Assembly (NCBI RefSeq): GCF_963921235.1
Contig: NC_086097.1
Coordinates: 40,674,001 to 40,738,000 of the forward strand
Length of the DNA stretch: 64,000 nucleotides
Direction: 5' to 3'
DNA from: Mobula hypostoma
Lineage: Eukaryota
Positions within the stretch are counted from its first letter, which is position 1; the number at the start of each line of letters is the position of its first letter. Shown here piece by piece: positions 52,376-64,000 of this stretch. A model generated the notes under the pieces. The model searched no databases, was not told the origin of the DNA, and saw nothing but the letters and a program-made list of their open reading frames with translations. Position numbers and translations under genes: made by a program.

Positions 52376-52623
52376 TGTTATGCTTGTAACTACAGAACCT
52401 AAAACTAATTTAAAGGAAAAGACAGCGAGTCAGAAATGCAAGTTTAACCTAGTTTTTATTTTATGCGAGGCACACACGTATCACATGGTGGTGTGATGGT
52501 GTATGCCATTTACATAGCTTTACAGGTAACCTGCAATGCATTATATAAGCAACAAAGAATACTTAATTAAACCATATATTTACAGTATAACTCAAAAATT
52601 ATTGAAATATTAAATACACAACA
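52376..52623 (-). repeat. 5' LTR
   Basis: TGTTA...CAACA boundaries on +. On the minus strand it is followed by the PBS-like GGCAATGAGGTA (52364-52375). Confidence 0.88.
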
Positions 52624-52919
52624 TCATCTCTTTATACTGCCTAACTACCCTCTACTCTTTAGATCCAGGGGAAGGGTCTTGATTGTTCATTTCCCATCAC
52701 AGATACTCCCTGACACACTGATTTCTCCTGCAACTTGCTTTTTGATCCAAATTCCACTACCTTCAGTCTCTTGTGTTTCCACACTAACCAATTGTTGTAA
52801 GGGACTCTGGGATAATATACAATGTTTTCTTTTGTCTACTTAGCTATATAAGTACTTTTTAGAATTTGTTCCTCAGAACATTGGTGGACGCCCTCCATTA
52901 CTGGAGGCACCATCCTGGT

Positions 52920-55290
52920 TATAAGACCATAAAATACAGGATCAGAATTAGGATATTTTGCCCATTGAGTGTCCGCTGCCATTCAATCATAGCTGATCCT
53001 TTTTTTCCCTCATCCTCCACCCCATTCCCCGGCCTTCTCCCCATAATCTTTGATGCCATATCCAATCAAGAATCTATCAATCTCTGCCTTAAATACACCC
53101 AACGACCTGCCCTCCACAGCATCATGTGCCAACAGATTCCATAAATTCATCACCCTCTGGCTGAAGAAATTTCTCTGCATCTCTGTTTTGAATGGACACC
53201 CCTCTATCCTGAGGCTGTGCGCTCTTGTCCTAGACTGTCCCACCATGGGAAATATCCCTTCCACATCTATTCCGACCAGGCTTTTCAACATTCGAAAGGT
53301 TTCAATGAGATTGCCCCCTGATCCTTCTAAATTCCAGTAAGTACAGACCCAGAGTCATGAAACGTTCCTTGTATGATAACCCTTTCATTCCTGGAATTGT
53401 TCTTGTGAACCTCCTCTGGACCCTCTCCAATGCCAGCACATTACTTCTAAGATGGGGAGCCCAAAATTGTACATAATACTCAAGGTAAGGCCTTGGATTT
53501 TCTCCCCATTTAGAAAATAGTCCGCACATTTATCTCTACTACCAAAGAGCATGACCATGCATTTTCCAACATTGTATTTCATTTGCCACTTTCTTTCCCA
53601 TTCTCCTAATCTGTCTAAGTCCTTCTGCATCTTACCTGTTTCCTCAACACTACCTGGCCCTCCATCAGTCTTCATATCAACTGCAAACTTGGTAACAAAG
53701 CTATCTATTTCATCATCTAAATCATTTATATACAGCATAAAAAGAAGTGGTCCCCACACCAACCCCTGCAGAACACCACTAGTCACTGGCAGCCAACTAG
53801 ATAAGAATCCTTTTATTCCCACTCGCTGCCTCCAACCAATCAGCCAATGCTCCAACCATCTTAGTAACTTTCCTATAATACCACGGGCTCTTGTCCCAGG
53901 CTTCTGAAAGTCCAAATATACAACATCCACTGCATCCTCCTTGCCTATTCCACTTGTAATCTCCTCAAAGAATTCCAAAAGGTTTGTCAGGCAGGATTTT
54001 TTCTGATGGAAACCATGCTGACTTGTATACTATCTTGTCCTATGTCACCAAGTACTCCCATCACCTCGTCCTTAACAATTGACTCTAACATCTTCCCAAC
54101 CACTGAGGTCAGGCTAACTAGTCCATAATTTCCTTTCTGCTGCCTTCCTTCTTTCTTAAAGAGTGGAGTGACATTTGCAATTTTCCAGTCCTATGGTCCA
54201 AGGATTTTTGAAAGATCATTTCTAATGCTACCACAATCTCTAACGCTACCTCTTTCAGAACCCTAGGGTGCAGTTCATCTGGTCTGGGTGACTTATGTAC
54301 TTCTAGGTCTTTCAGCTTTTTAAGTACCTTCTCCCTTATAATGGTAACTGCACCCACTTCTCTTCCTTCACACACTACAACATCTGGCACACTGCTTGTG
54401 TCTTCCACAGTGAAGACTGATGCAATATACTCATTTAGTTCATCTGCCATCTCCTCGTCCCCCGTTGTTATTTCTCTTGCCTCATTTTCTAGCAGTCCTT
54501 TATCCACTCTCATCTCTCTTTTATTTTTGATATTCTTGAAAAAGCTTCCAATATTATTTGCTAGCTTTCTTTCATATTTCATCTTTTCCCTTCTAATGAA
54601 TCTTTTAGTTGCTGTCTGTAGGTTTTTAAAAACTTCCCAATCCTCTATCTTCCCACTAATTTTTGCTTTGTTGTATGCCCTCTCTTTCGTTTTTACATTA
54701 GTTTTGACTTCCCTTTTCAGTCACAGTTGTACTATTTTGCCATTTGAGTATTTCTTTGTTTTAGGAATACATCTGAACTTTCCTTATTTTCCCCAGAAAC
54801 ACACACCATTGCTGCTCTGCTTACATCCCTACAAGCAGCTCCTTCCAATTTACTTTGGTCAACTCCTCTCTCATACCAGTGTATTTTCCTTTACTCCACT
54901 ACATCAGACTTTACTTTCTCCCTATCAAATTTCAAGTTGAACTGAAACGTATTGTGATCACTGTGTCCTAAGGGTTCTTTTCTATCATAATATTGCCCTT
55001 TTGACATGCCTTTTCTATTTCCTATTGTAATCTGTGGTCCATCTCCCAGCCACTGTTGGGAGGCCTGTATATAACTACCATCAGGATCCTTGTACCCTTG
55101 CAGTTTCTTAACTCAACCCACAAGGTCTCAACATCTTCAAATCCTATGTCACATCTTTCTACTGATTTGATGCCATTCTTTACCAGCAGAGCCACACATC
55201 CCCTCTGCCGACCTTCCAATCCCTCCAATACAACATGTATCCTTGGACTTTCAGCTCCTAACTACACCCATCCTTCAGCCACAATTCCAT
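52920..55290 (-). mobile_element. Degraded CR1 LINE (EN-RT and 3' UTR)
   Basis: ORFs 55022 (VIYRPPNS), 54118 (KSPRPDELHPRVLKE), 53385 (DVVYLDFQK, SGVLQGLVWGP), 53302 and 53010. Confidence 0.88.
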
Positions 55291-56117
55291 TATGGTTGGC
55301 CACTCAAGGTTAGTCAGGGACCTTAGGGAGGCAGGCATAGATATTCATTCAATGAAGAGCCTTCAGTGACAGCACTTCTGACCAACAAAGTACTGGGCTT
55401 TCTGAGGGCATTGTGTGTGCATTCCATCAGAGAATCATACCTCGCCTTGTGCTGAAGCTTAGATTGTTCTCTCCATGGATGCCAATCTCAAATTCATTAC
55501 CATGTGATCTTTCCAAATGACTGCAACAGGTCTTCACAACTCTCCAGGTGTTACATTAAATCACCCATCTTTCTCCTCCACAGTACCTCCCTACCCATTG
55601 CTGTGCAATAGAACATATCAGTGAATGTTTCCCTCAGACTGCAGTGTCAATGGTACCTTAATGAGCTACTGCGACCTCTGTGTGAAATGCACTCCCTTGG
55701 ATCAGCTTTAATGTTGAGGTTCAAGCATTGCTCAATTATTCAAAACTTTGGGCTTTCGCCCTACATCAATGTGTTACCGTCACTATTGTTACCACAGTAG
55801 CTAAGAGCATTGCACATAGCAACATACATATTGAGAGGCTAACATTTTAAGCAAATCAACTAATCATTCAACTGAGAAATCCACTTGAACGCCAACAGGA
55901 GTTCATTTTAAGGCATTATCAAAATCAACTGTTCTAAGGTGCAAATCTACAGCACATCTGGTAAGCTTTCAATAGGAGGGAGGCAATAATTAATTTAGAA
56001 TTCTGTACTAATATTCTCTGATCTAATCTTGTTACTTTCAATTCCTCATTTAAAAGGGGTAGGGGGAGAGCTACTAGAGAGGGAAGAAACATCAAGCAGA
56101 TCTTTCTTCTCAGTGTG

Positions 56118-58860
56118 TCATCGTCATCATCATTATGTGCAGTGTCATATGGTGTGGGTGATCATAGTCTTCCATCTGCCTTAATTTGTGAAGTTCTAAT
56201 AAGTACTCCAACACTTTGGCCTGTCCTTCCCTTGATGTAATTGATGAATGTCATGCACTGCCAACCGTGACTTTTTCTTCCATCAGTCTTTCCCGTCACT
56301 GCAAGATGTTTGAGCTACTCTTTCATCAGCATGTCCTAGAAATTGCAGCTGCCATTTCATAATTGATGATATCAACTCTCTTCTTAGTCCTGCTCCTTGC
56401 AACACTTTCTCATTTGTTACTCTGTCCTTCCATGATATTTTCATTATTCTTCTCACAAATCACATTTCTGCAGCTTCAAGCCTTCCCTCATTTTGTTTTG
56501 ATACTGTCCAACATTCACTTCCATTTGTTACTGTGGAATGAACATAGCACCACAACACGAGTTCCATACCAATAGAAATTATGTTATTCTTTAGTATCTT
56601 GCTCACTCGATTGTGCATTTAGCAATCCCAATCCTCCTCCTAATGTCAACGTTAGGTCTATTGTCAGATGTTATCAAGGTCCCTAAGTAATTGAACTTCC
56701 ATGTTTGCTTAATTGTTTTGTTGCCCACTTTCAGTTTGCATTTCTGTGTTTCTTTCTTCTTTCTGACAACCATACATTTGGTCTTCTAACAGTTGATGGT
56801 CAATTCTCTCTTTGCATTTACTTTGACAACTTTGGTATTTCTTGGAAATTCTCTTTAGAAGCAGCTATCAGCACTGTGTTGTTTGCCTATTGGAGGTTGT
56901 TCATATTGTTTCCAGCAATTATCACACCGGGAATACTGCTAATTTCTCTTCAACTTTTTTTGCTATAAAGGTTGAATAAGTCAGATGAGAGAACACAACC
57001 CTATGTGACTCCACTCTTAACCTGGACAAAATCACTTGTCTCATTTTCAACTCTCATTCCCGCTGTTTGTTCCCAATACAAATTTCTCATGAATCTGATA
57101 TCTTTCCCATTAATGTTTAAGTACTAAAGAATTTTTATAAGCTCTTCATGTTTCACCTTATCGAAATTCCCAGTGTAATTGATAAACCATGGGTATATGT
57201 CTTTCTGGATCTCTATGGCATGCTCACAAATCATTCTAAGGATGAAGGTTGCATTTTGTGCTCGATAATCTTCACTGACGCGTCACTGCTCTTGTGTGAT
57301 CTCTGATTTCATGCTTTTCCTTGCACTCAATGTGATGTTTCACAGCAGGACCCTCACAACACAACCTCCAATCCATTAGTGCGGTGCAACTCACATTCAA
57401 ACACTTGAGGATTTATCAGCAATGCAACAAATACCGACCCATCCATTTCCCCAGGCATTTCCCTGCCTTCACACATTTCATTTAGCAAATCTGTCAACCC
57501 TTCAACATCAAAATCCTCCAGCGTTTGAATCATTGCTATAGCAATGCCATCTGGTCCTAATACTTTATACTTTTTCATTTCCTCCTCTGCCACCCTAACT
57601 TCCAATTTCATTATTAGTGGGCCATTCATGTCCTAAGCATTTATTGTCCTCTCACTTCTTGTACCTTCAAACAAGTCGGCAATGTATTGAGTCCATCCAG
57701 TATACCAGCTTCCTTCATGAGCATCGATTCATCTCTCCCCCTCCAACACCCATGTACAAGAATTAACACCTGCGAGCATCCTCATCTTCCTGTACATATT
57801 GCCAGATTCCTTCAGTCTCTCTACTTCTCTGCACTCTTCATCCATCCATTACTCCCTCCATTCCCCAGATCTTTGCTCGATTTCTTTGTTTAAAGAGTCA
57901 CATTTGTCGCTGTTCGTTGGCATGATTCCCTGTCTTCTGTCATTAAATACAGAATTTCATCTGTCATTAATTTTTCTTCTTCTCTTTTCTCTTTTTCGGT
58001 ATCACTTCATTAGACATATCCACCGCTGCCCTTTTATATCTCAACCAGCCTGGTGTATTCTGCACTATCAGAGCCCCAAATCTAGCCCTCAGTGCAACAG
58101 TGAATTTCATCTTCGAGTCCAGATCTTTCACGCAAGCCAGGTCTAATTTGGTATTACCTCCAGACTTCCCTAACCATCTAAGCTTAACCTTCAGCTTGCG
58201 TATCAATGGAACATGGTCACTCTCACAGCCCACTCCTAGATATGCCTTGGACTGTTGCATGGCATTCCCAAAACACTTGCTGATTCTGATGTAGTCCATT
58301 TGATTGGTACCAATCTTCTGGGCTTCTCCAAGTCCACAGCCATCTTGTGTGCTGCTTGGACCATGTATTTGTTATTATCTGATCATTTGCGCAACACCGG
58401 TGAATCTCCCACCCCTGTCGTTCCTGGCTCCCAATCTAAACATGCCAACAAAGCCACCATCCTGCTGTTGTCCAACTCCAGCACCCATATCCTCCATCGC
58501 TATAACGATACCTTGTGATCTGTAGTGGTCCCTTGCTTCCTACAAGCTATCATAAAACCCTCTATATCCCCCTCACTACTATCAGCCTTTCGAGCACGCA
58601 CTACTATTATTAAAATGTTCATGGGTTGCCCTTGGAGTCTCACCAGCAGCACTTTGATGATTTGATAATGGCCAGCATCCCACAAGGAAGGCGTCTCTCA
58701 GCATCCAGCCCCATTCCCACACCTCATTCATATCCATCACCACCTGAATTGATAGCCTGTATTCACCAGAATCAAAGCATCCAGTCCTTTTCCACCTTGT
58801 CACACACATCCCCACGATGGTAACTTCCAAGCAAAAGCTTTTAATTGTTAACATGTGTGC
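56118..58860 (-). mobile_element. Older degraded RTE LINE
   Basis: (GAT)n-like tail at 56118. ORF fragments 57354 (KVLGPDGI..FECELHRT), 57967 (DYI..GCESDH) and 58500 (VRLQGQPMNILIIVV). Confidence 0.8.
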
Positions 58861-59004
58861 ATTTGATTTTGCTATTTTTTATAATATTACTTTTTTAATT
58901 ATTTCATTGTTTTTAAATCATCTGAATTATTTTTGATTGTCAGTGCTATTCAGAAACATTCATCATTTTTAACAGTTTAGGCAGACAGTCAATCTAGTAA
59001 TTTA

Positions 59005-59372
59005 GATGATTGACTTTATTGCTTATATCCTTCATATACATGAGGAGTAAAACATTACATCTCTGTCTAAATGTGCAATGTGCAATTATAGTAATTTATA
59101 ATAAATATTATGTACAACAGGATAGTCAATATAACATAGAAGTACAGTTGCATCAGCAGGAATTAAGCAGTCTGGTGGCTTGTGGAGGAAGCTGTCCCGG
59201 AGCCTGTTGGTCCTGGCTTTTACGCTGCAATACCATTTCCCTGATAGTAGCAGCTGAAACAGTTTGTGGTTGGGGTATTTGGGTCTCCAATGATCCTTCG
59301 GGCCCTTCTTACACACACGTCTTTGTAAATGTCCTGAATAGTGGGAAGTTTACATCAACAAATGCTCTGGGC
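59005..59372 (-). mobile_element. Rex1 LINE 3' end (same family as 14990-15345)
   Basis: Colinear with 14996-15345. Encodes HKLFQLLLSGKWY..RTNRLRDSF. Confidence 0.8.
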
Positions 59373-59574
59373 AGTAGATACACTCCATTTCCCACTTCAC
59401 ATTCTCCAGATTTCCAACTTGATAAAGAGTTCTCACATTTCACCTTGCTAATTTGATGTTATCTTTGTTGCAGACAGTAGCCTGATAATGATTGAGCCTC
59501 ATCGGTCATACGAGTGTCTCCTCTGAGTGAGGGATCACTGTACCTGGGGAAGACACCTTTCACAGTGTTGCTCT

Positions 59575-59825
59575 TATTCTTTTCTCTATCCATGACCATG
59601 AACTTGTTCCACAGAAGTGGTTTGTAATTGCCCCCTTCTGGGTGGTGTCTTTACAACATGGGTGACCCCAGCCATTATCAATGCCCTCAGAGATTTTCCG
59701 CCTGGCATCAGTGATCACATAACCAGGATTTGTGACATGCCCTGGCTGCTCATATGACCATCCACCAGCTGATCCCGTGGCTGATCCCCCTTTGATAGAG
59801 ATGTAACTCCACCCTGCCACCCAGA
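59575..59825 (-). mobile_element. RTE-related SINE-like fragment
   Basis: The minus strand has AGAAGGGGGCAATTACAAACCACTTC, similar to the GAAGGCAATGGCAAACCAC motif of RTE/BovB-type elements and to 24595-24612 in the RTE 5' region. Confidence 0.45.
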
Positions 59826-60109
59826 ATGTAATCTGAATATTCCTTTGCTTCTTGTGGGAGTCCTTCCCTCAAAGTTTGTGATGGATATTCGAAGAGCAGA
59901 GCAGTGAACAGCAGTAGAAAAGAATCATAAGATAATTAAATGTGTTGCATGGGGAACCGTAGAGAACCGTAGCAGGAACAACTTGACAACTAAATATTTT
60001 ACAATCAGCTTCTCTGCTGTAGTGATGTTTTAAATGTTAATGGGAAAAGCATTATGTGCTGTCTACTTGTAATCAGTGTTTATTTCCATTATGCTTTGCA
60101 ACATGTATG

Positions 60110-60438
60110 AGTTGAATTGAATTGACTTTATTTCTTACATCCTTCACATACATGAGGAGTAAAAATCTTTACATTATGTCTCTGTCTAAATGTGCAATGT
60201 GCAATTTATTGTAATTTGTAATAAATAGGACAGTTAATATAGCATAGAAATACAATTGTGTCAGCGTGAATTAATCAGTCTGATGGCCTGGTGGAAGAAG
60301 CTGTCCCGAAGACTGTTGGTCCTGGCTTTTATGCTGTGGTACTGTTTCCTGGATAGTAGCAGCTCGAGCAGTTTGTGGTTGGGGTGACTTGGGTCCCCAG
60401 TGATCCTTCAGGCCCTTTATATGCACCTGTCTTTGTAA
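60110..60438 (-). mobile_element. Rex1 LINE 3' end (same family as 14990-15300)
   Basis: (TTGAA)n tail; colinear with 14990-15300. Confidence 0.8.
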
Positions 60439-60599
60439 CAAGTGTGTTATTGACAACCTCTCTAGTTGGCAGAGTACATGGCAGCTACCACGTGTGTGAC
60501 TTCCTCTGTACATTTATGGAAGTTGTATGTATGCAATCAGAATGCATTTGAACACTGTTATATTCTAACAGTGCGATATCAAGAGACAGTTCTGAGAAA

Positions 60600-60990
60600 A
60601 GCATTAAGTTCAGAAGGATGGGGGAGGATCTCACTGAAATCCACTGAATACTGAAAGGTCTGGATAGAGTGGACGTGAGAGAGAATATTTCTGTTAGTAG
60701 GAGAGTCTGGAATCTAAGGGTACAACCTCAGGATAAAGGGCTTTCCCTTTAAAATTGGAGCAATTTCTTCTGGTAAAGGGTGGCAAATCCGTAGAATTTG
60801 ATAGCCACGAGGTGAAGTTATTGGGTATATTTGAGGCAGAGATTTCTAAGTTCTTGACTGGTAAGGTGGTTAAAGATTACACAGAGAAGGTGGGAGAATA
60901 GGGTTGAGGAAATAAATCAATCATGACTGGATGGCAGAGCAGACTCAATGGGCAGAATGGCTTGATTTTGCTCCTGTATCTTATGGTCTT
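60600..60990 (+). mobile_element. CR1 LINE 3' end
   Basis: Encodes ILKGLDRVD...GESGI-like sequence. The 3'UTR GGCAGAATGGCTTGATTTTGCTCCTGTATCTTATGGTCTTA is present. Confidence 0.7.
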
Positions 60991-61406
60991 ACTTCAATGA
61001 AGTTTCACCAAATAAAAGCATGGGTGTGTTTACTGATCTTTCAGCCTTGCTTATAGAACTGGTTCTGGGTTGTAATGACTGCAGTTTGCTGTTGAAAGGC
61101 CTTTCACTCTAGGTCTCTAATGATGCACTCTGACCCATGATCTGCTTTTTTCTCAAGATGGACTCTGTTCATCCATATAATAAAATAGTATTTGTAGCGT
61201 GAACCTGCTGTAACGCTTGCAAGATTGTGAAACTTTTTAAAGCATTGTTTTATGTTATGGAGATGGAGACTGCTTGATTGATTTCCTCTAAGGCAACAGC
61301 TAGAAGAGCTACTGCAGTCAGCCTTAATGGGGCTGCTGGCAATCCCAGTGCACGAGATTTTGCCCCTGTGTATTTTGGTTATAATGACTTCACTGTCTCT
61401 TTTCAG

Positions 61407-61536
61407 GCAATCCTGGAAATCCCTTGTTCTGACTTGGAACCTTTCTCCCTTCCATGGCAACCATTGCATGTATAACTGCTATATGGCTGTCATGGAGTGT
61501 GAAGATAAAAGATTAAAAGATTACGCCCTTCTGTGA
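61407..61536 (+). other. Candidate terminal coding exon (RQSWKSLVLTW...EDKRLKDYALL*)
   Basis: Strong acceptor CTTCACTGTCTCTTTTCAG|G. The phase-2 frame is open to TGA at 61534-61536. About 1.2 kb of repeat-free AT-rich sequence follows, with AATAAA near 62246 and 62290. Confidence 0.4.
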
Positions 61537-62779
61537 TTGTGGTGCATTGTGTTCAATTAGCCTGCTCTTATGTTAGTGCTTGTTACTGAGTGTAAACCAC
61601 CTACATGCTGATTCAAGCTGGATTTTGGCCAATTTCATAATTTTTATTTTTCAGGGGTTCCACTTATGCATTAGTACAAGCAGTGCTATGTTTTTTTTAT
61701 CATAGCTTAGACAGTTGCTATCGAATATGTAGGTATACATGTCTACAAACTTTAAAAAATTGATAAAGAAGATTATTTATGTCAAATATAATCTAATGAC
61801 TGTGAAGGCATTAATGGATCTTTCTATTTACTGTCAGACTTTCCAAACAGTGGAAGGTGGAAAGTAATTATATTTTCCAAATTCTAACTCTTGGAAGGTT
61901 TGGAAAAGAAATCATTTAGCCTGTTAAAGGCTTCTGTCATTCGCAATTGATTTTGGCAGCTGACCACATTATCATTTTTAACCTTTAAGTCTGTAACTAA
62001 CAGTCACCTGCTTTGTTAAGTCATCATTAGTCTCTGCAAAAATTATTGCAAATATTTTTCATATGTAGGCTTCTAGTTACTGTTTAGCTTGACCTTTCTG
62101 TGTTTCCAATGAATTTTCAAAGTGTGTGTTTAAAAGTTGTCTTACCCAGTTCTTCTTTCCAAAGCTTAATTGAAGTAGTTATGTTTAGGACACAATTATG
62201 GATTTCATTTACACTTGCATCTTAAAATACCCGGCCTGTTGATACAATAAAGATGAGCATTATGATTATGTCAAATGATGCAAACTTTTAATAAAGCTAG
62301 CAAAAATTACATATTTCCCCCCTATCTTTTCTTCAAACCTATGCTTGAATCTTTTCAATACTAGATTCAGCACCACCACAGTACTGATATCTGGTAACTT
62401 TCAAATATGACTGTGACCATGATGATTTTTTTTTCTTGTGCATGTAGGATTTGGCATAGTCAACCATAACCATCTCTGTTGCAGTCTGCTCAGTGCAGTT
62501 GCTCTCACTTGGCTGTAGTTTTAAGTTTCCAAAGCTAGCAAAAGCATTACATGCAATTGCATCTCTTTTCAGTACTTACATGCAGGTATCTAATTATTAT
62601 GCTTTGACTTACAGCTTAACTTGATCTTATGTTTATATTAAATTGAGATGCATACATTTGAAGTTCTATTGTTGAATCCTTCTCTTCAAACTTTAAGTTT
62701 GAAAATCAGTCCCTGGCCTGTACTTTTCAAATTTACATGGTCCCTTTTTTTACATATTGGCTGGGACATGAAGGCCATT

Positions 62780-63005
62780 AGACCTTAAGACCTAGGAGCA
62801 GAATTAGGACATTCAGCCCATCAAGTCTGCTCTACTTTTCCATTATGTCTGATTTATTATCCCTCTCAACACCATTTTCCTGCCTTCTACCCCTAACCTT
62901 TAACAATAATCAAGAACCTATCAACCTCTGTTTTAAATATACCCATTGACTTGCCTCCACAGCATCAGTTACAATGAATTGCATAGATCTACCACACTCT
63001 GACTA
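62780..63005 (-). mobile_element. CR1 LINE 3' end fragment
   Basis: AGACCTTAAGACCTAGGAGCAGAATTAGGACATTCAGCCC is homologous to the copies at 4700 and 52920. Confidence 0.75.
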
Positions 63006-64000
63006 ATGAATTAGCTGCTGTAGGGATAGTGTTCACCATTGACCTAATGAGAGAACCCACAAATAATTGTGAGTTCCAGAGTTGTGAATATGGCTCCATC
63101 CATAAGCAGTAAGCAAGTCAACAAACCACAGACTTGACTTTAAAATGCTAAATGTGTAACAAGTCAAGAAGTAAAAAGAACAGAATAAAATTTAGTTTCC
63201 TGGGTTCTTCTCTGTCTGATGGTAACTTATCTGCTTCTCAACCTATACCTAATCAATGTGACTTTAAACTAATTAGGAACTAATTGAGTAACATCATTCT
63301 TGATGGCCTTAATGTTTCTAGACCTTATTAATGATTTTAAAAATTAAGCTGAGCAAACAGGATTAAGACAGGTGCTACAGTATCATGAAAATATTAATGC
63401 AAATAAAAATTAAAATGTATTATTATGTCATCAGTTTTTAAAATGTTTTTAAAGAAGGATTAACACCACATGTAAAATGATCTTCTCTGGGCCATAAGGT
63501 TTTGTCAGCAATAATTATGATTTAATATGTTGTTTGAAACAGTTGCATATCATTGAACAAGCATCAGGTTTTAAATTTTGCTTACGGAAAAGTAACGTCG
63601 AAACTAATGTCAGAAGATTCCTATTGAACTGTCAACGTCAGCCAAGACTGCAAAGGCCACCAGGTCAAGGAGTAATTTACCACAGAAATTTAGGATTTCC
63701 ATGTTTTATTGTGGATGTGTGTATTGTTGGTTTTATGCTGCAATAATGGCAATAATAATTACAGACACAGATCCTGTGTTATAAAGAAAGATTACACGTG
63801 CATTCCAACAGCATCTGTTTGGGTTCTATTGCACTTCTTTGCTTTTTAGCAACCTGTAAGGAGATGAATCTCAGTGTTATATATAATATGCATATTTCGA
63901 TAATGTATTTTGAACTTTGAACTTTCTTTTCATTCTCATCAAACACTAATTGACCCTAAGGCCCTGTCAGAAATCTTTGTTCAGCTGACTGAGGCTTCCT

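Larger units (their letters stand above)
49604..52623 (-). mobile_element. Non-autonomous Gypsy LTR retrotransposon carrying a captured RBM25 cDNA fragment
   Basis: Direct LTRs at 49604-49845 and 52376-52623, TSD TCATC (49599-49603, 52624-52628), PBS-like GGCAATGAGG and PPT CTAAGCAGGGAAGAG. Internal remnants: gag (QNQKEGESISVYVAELK..LNDALRD), protease (MELDTGSAV) and the integrase tail (HPTKVRKPPQQLNL). Confidence 0.9.
48960..52775 (+). mobile_element. Degraded Penelope element (pieces ~48960-49603 and 52624-52775) hosting the LTR insertion
   Basis: GIY-YIG remnants (DCFAQHLLSI; KLEEQL) and a pyrimidine-rich tail. After the LTR element it continues as TTTATACTG...GAAGGGTCTTGA...ACAGATACTCCCTGAC. 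Confidence 0.6.

Noticed and set aside
59695..59760. Possible HDV-like ribozyme in the RTE-related SINE (- strand GGTCATAT/ATGTGATC and CCTGG/CCAGG pairings)
   Set aside because: Only a simple pseudoknot-like pairing is possible. No P3/L3, P1.1 or P4 could be placed.
1..64000. Prokaryotic systems (CRISPR, operons, defence islands) and rRNA/tRNA genes
   Set aside because: The sequence is vertebrate-type repeat-rich DNA, and no such signatures were seen.

Overview
This is eukaryotic, vertebrate, intron-like or intergenic DNA. The repeat content (CR1, Rex1/Babar, RTE, Penelope, Gypsy, an HE1/V-SINE-like SINE) suggests a cartilaginous fish, probably a ray (inference). I found no intact, recognisable host protein-coding gene, rRNA, tRNA or CRISPR array. 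Nearly all long ORFs are retroelement remnants. The most notable feature is a ~3 kb Gypsy-type LTR element (49604-52623, - strand) with both LTRs, a PBS-like site, a PPT and a 5-bp TCATC target-site duplication (TSD). Its RT/RNase H/integrase core is replaced by an intronless fragment of the host splicing-factor gene RBM25, which looks like LTR-mediated capture of a host mRNA. Other highlights: a three-deep nest of CR1 LINEs (36050-45446) whose innermost insert is an in-frame chimera of two CR1 subfamilies; Penelope elements with minimal hammerhead-ribozyme motifs; a full-length RTE LINE with TSD; and candidate + strand exons (34479-34629, 61407-61536) that could splice to an unrecognised 58-aa ORF. 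Boundaries were read by eye and are approximate unless anchored by a TSD or splice motif.
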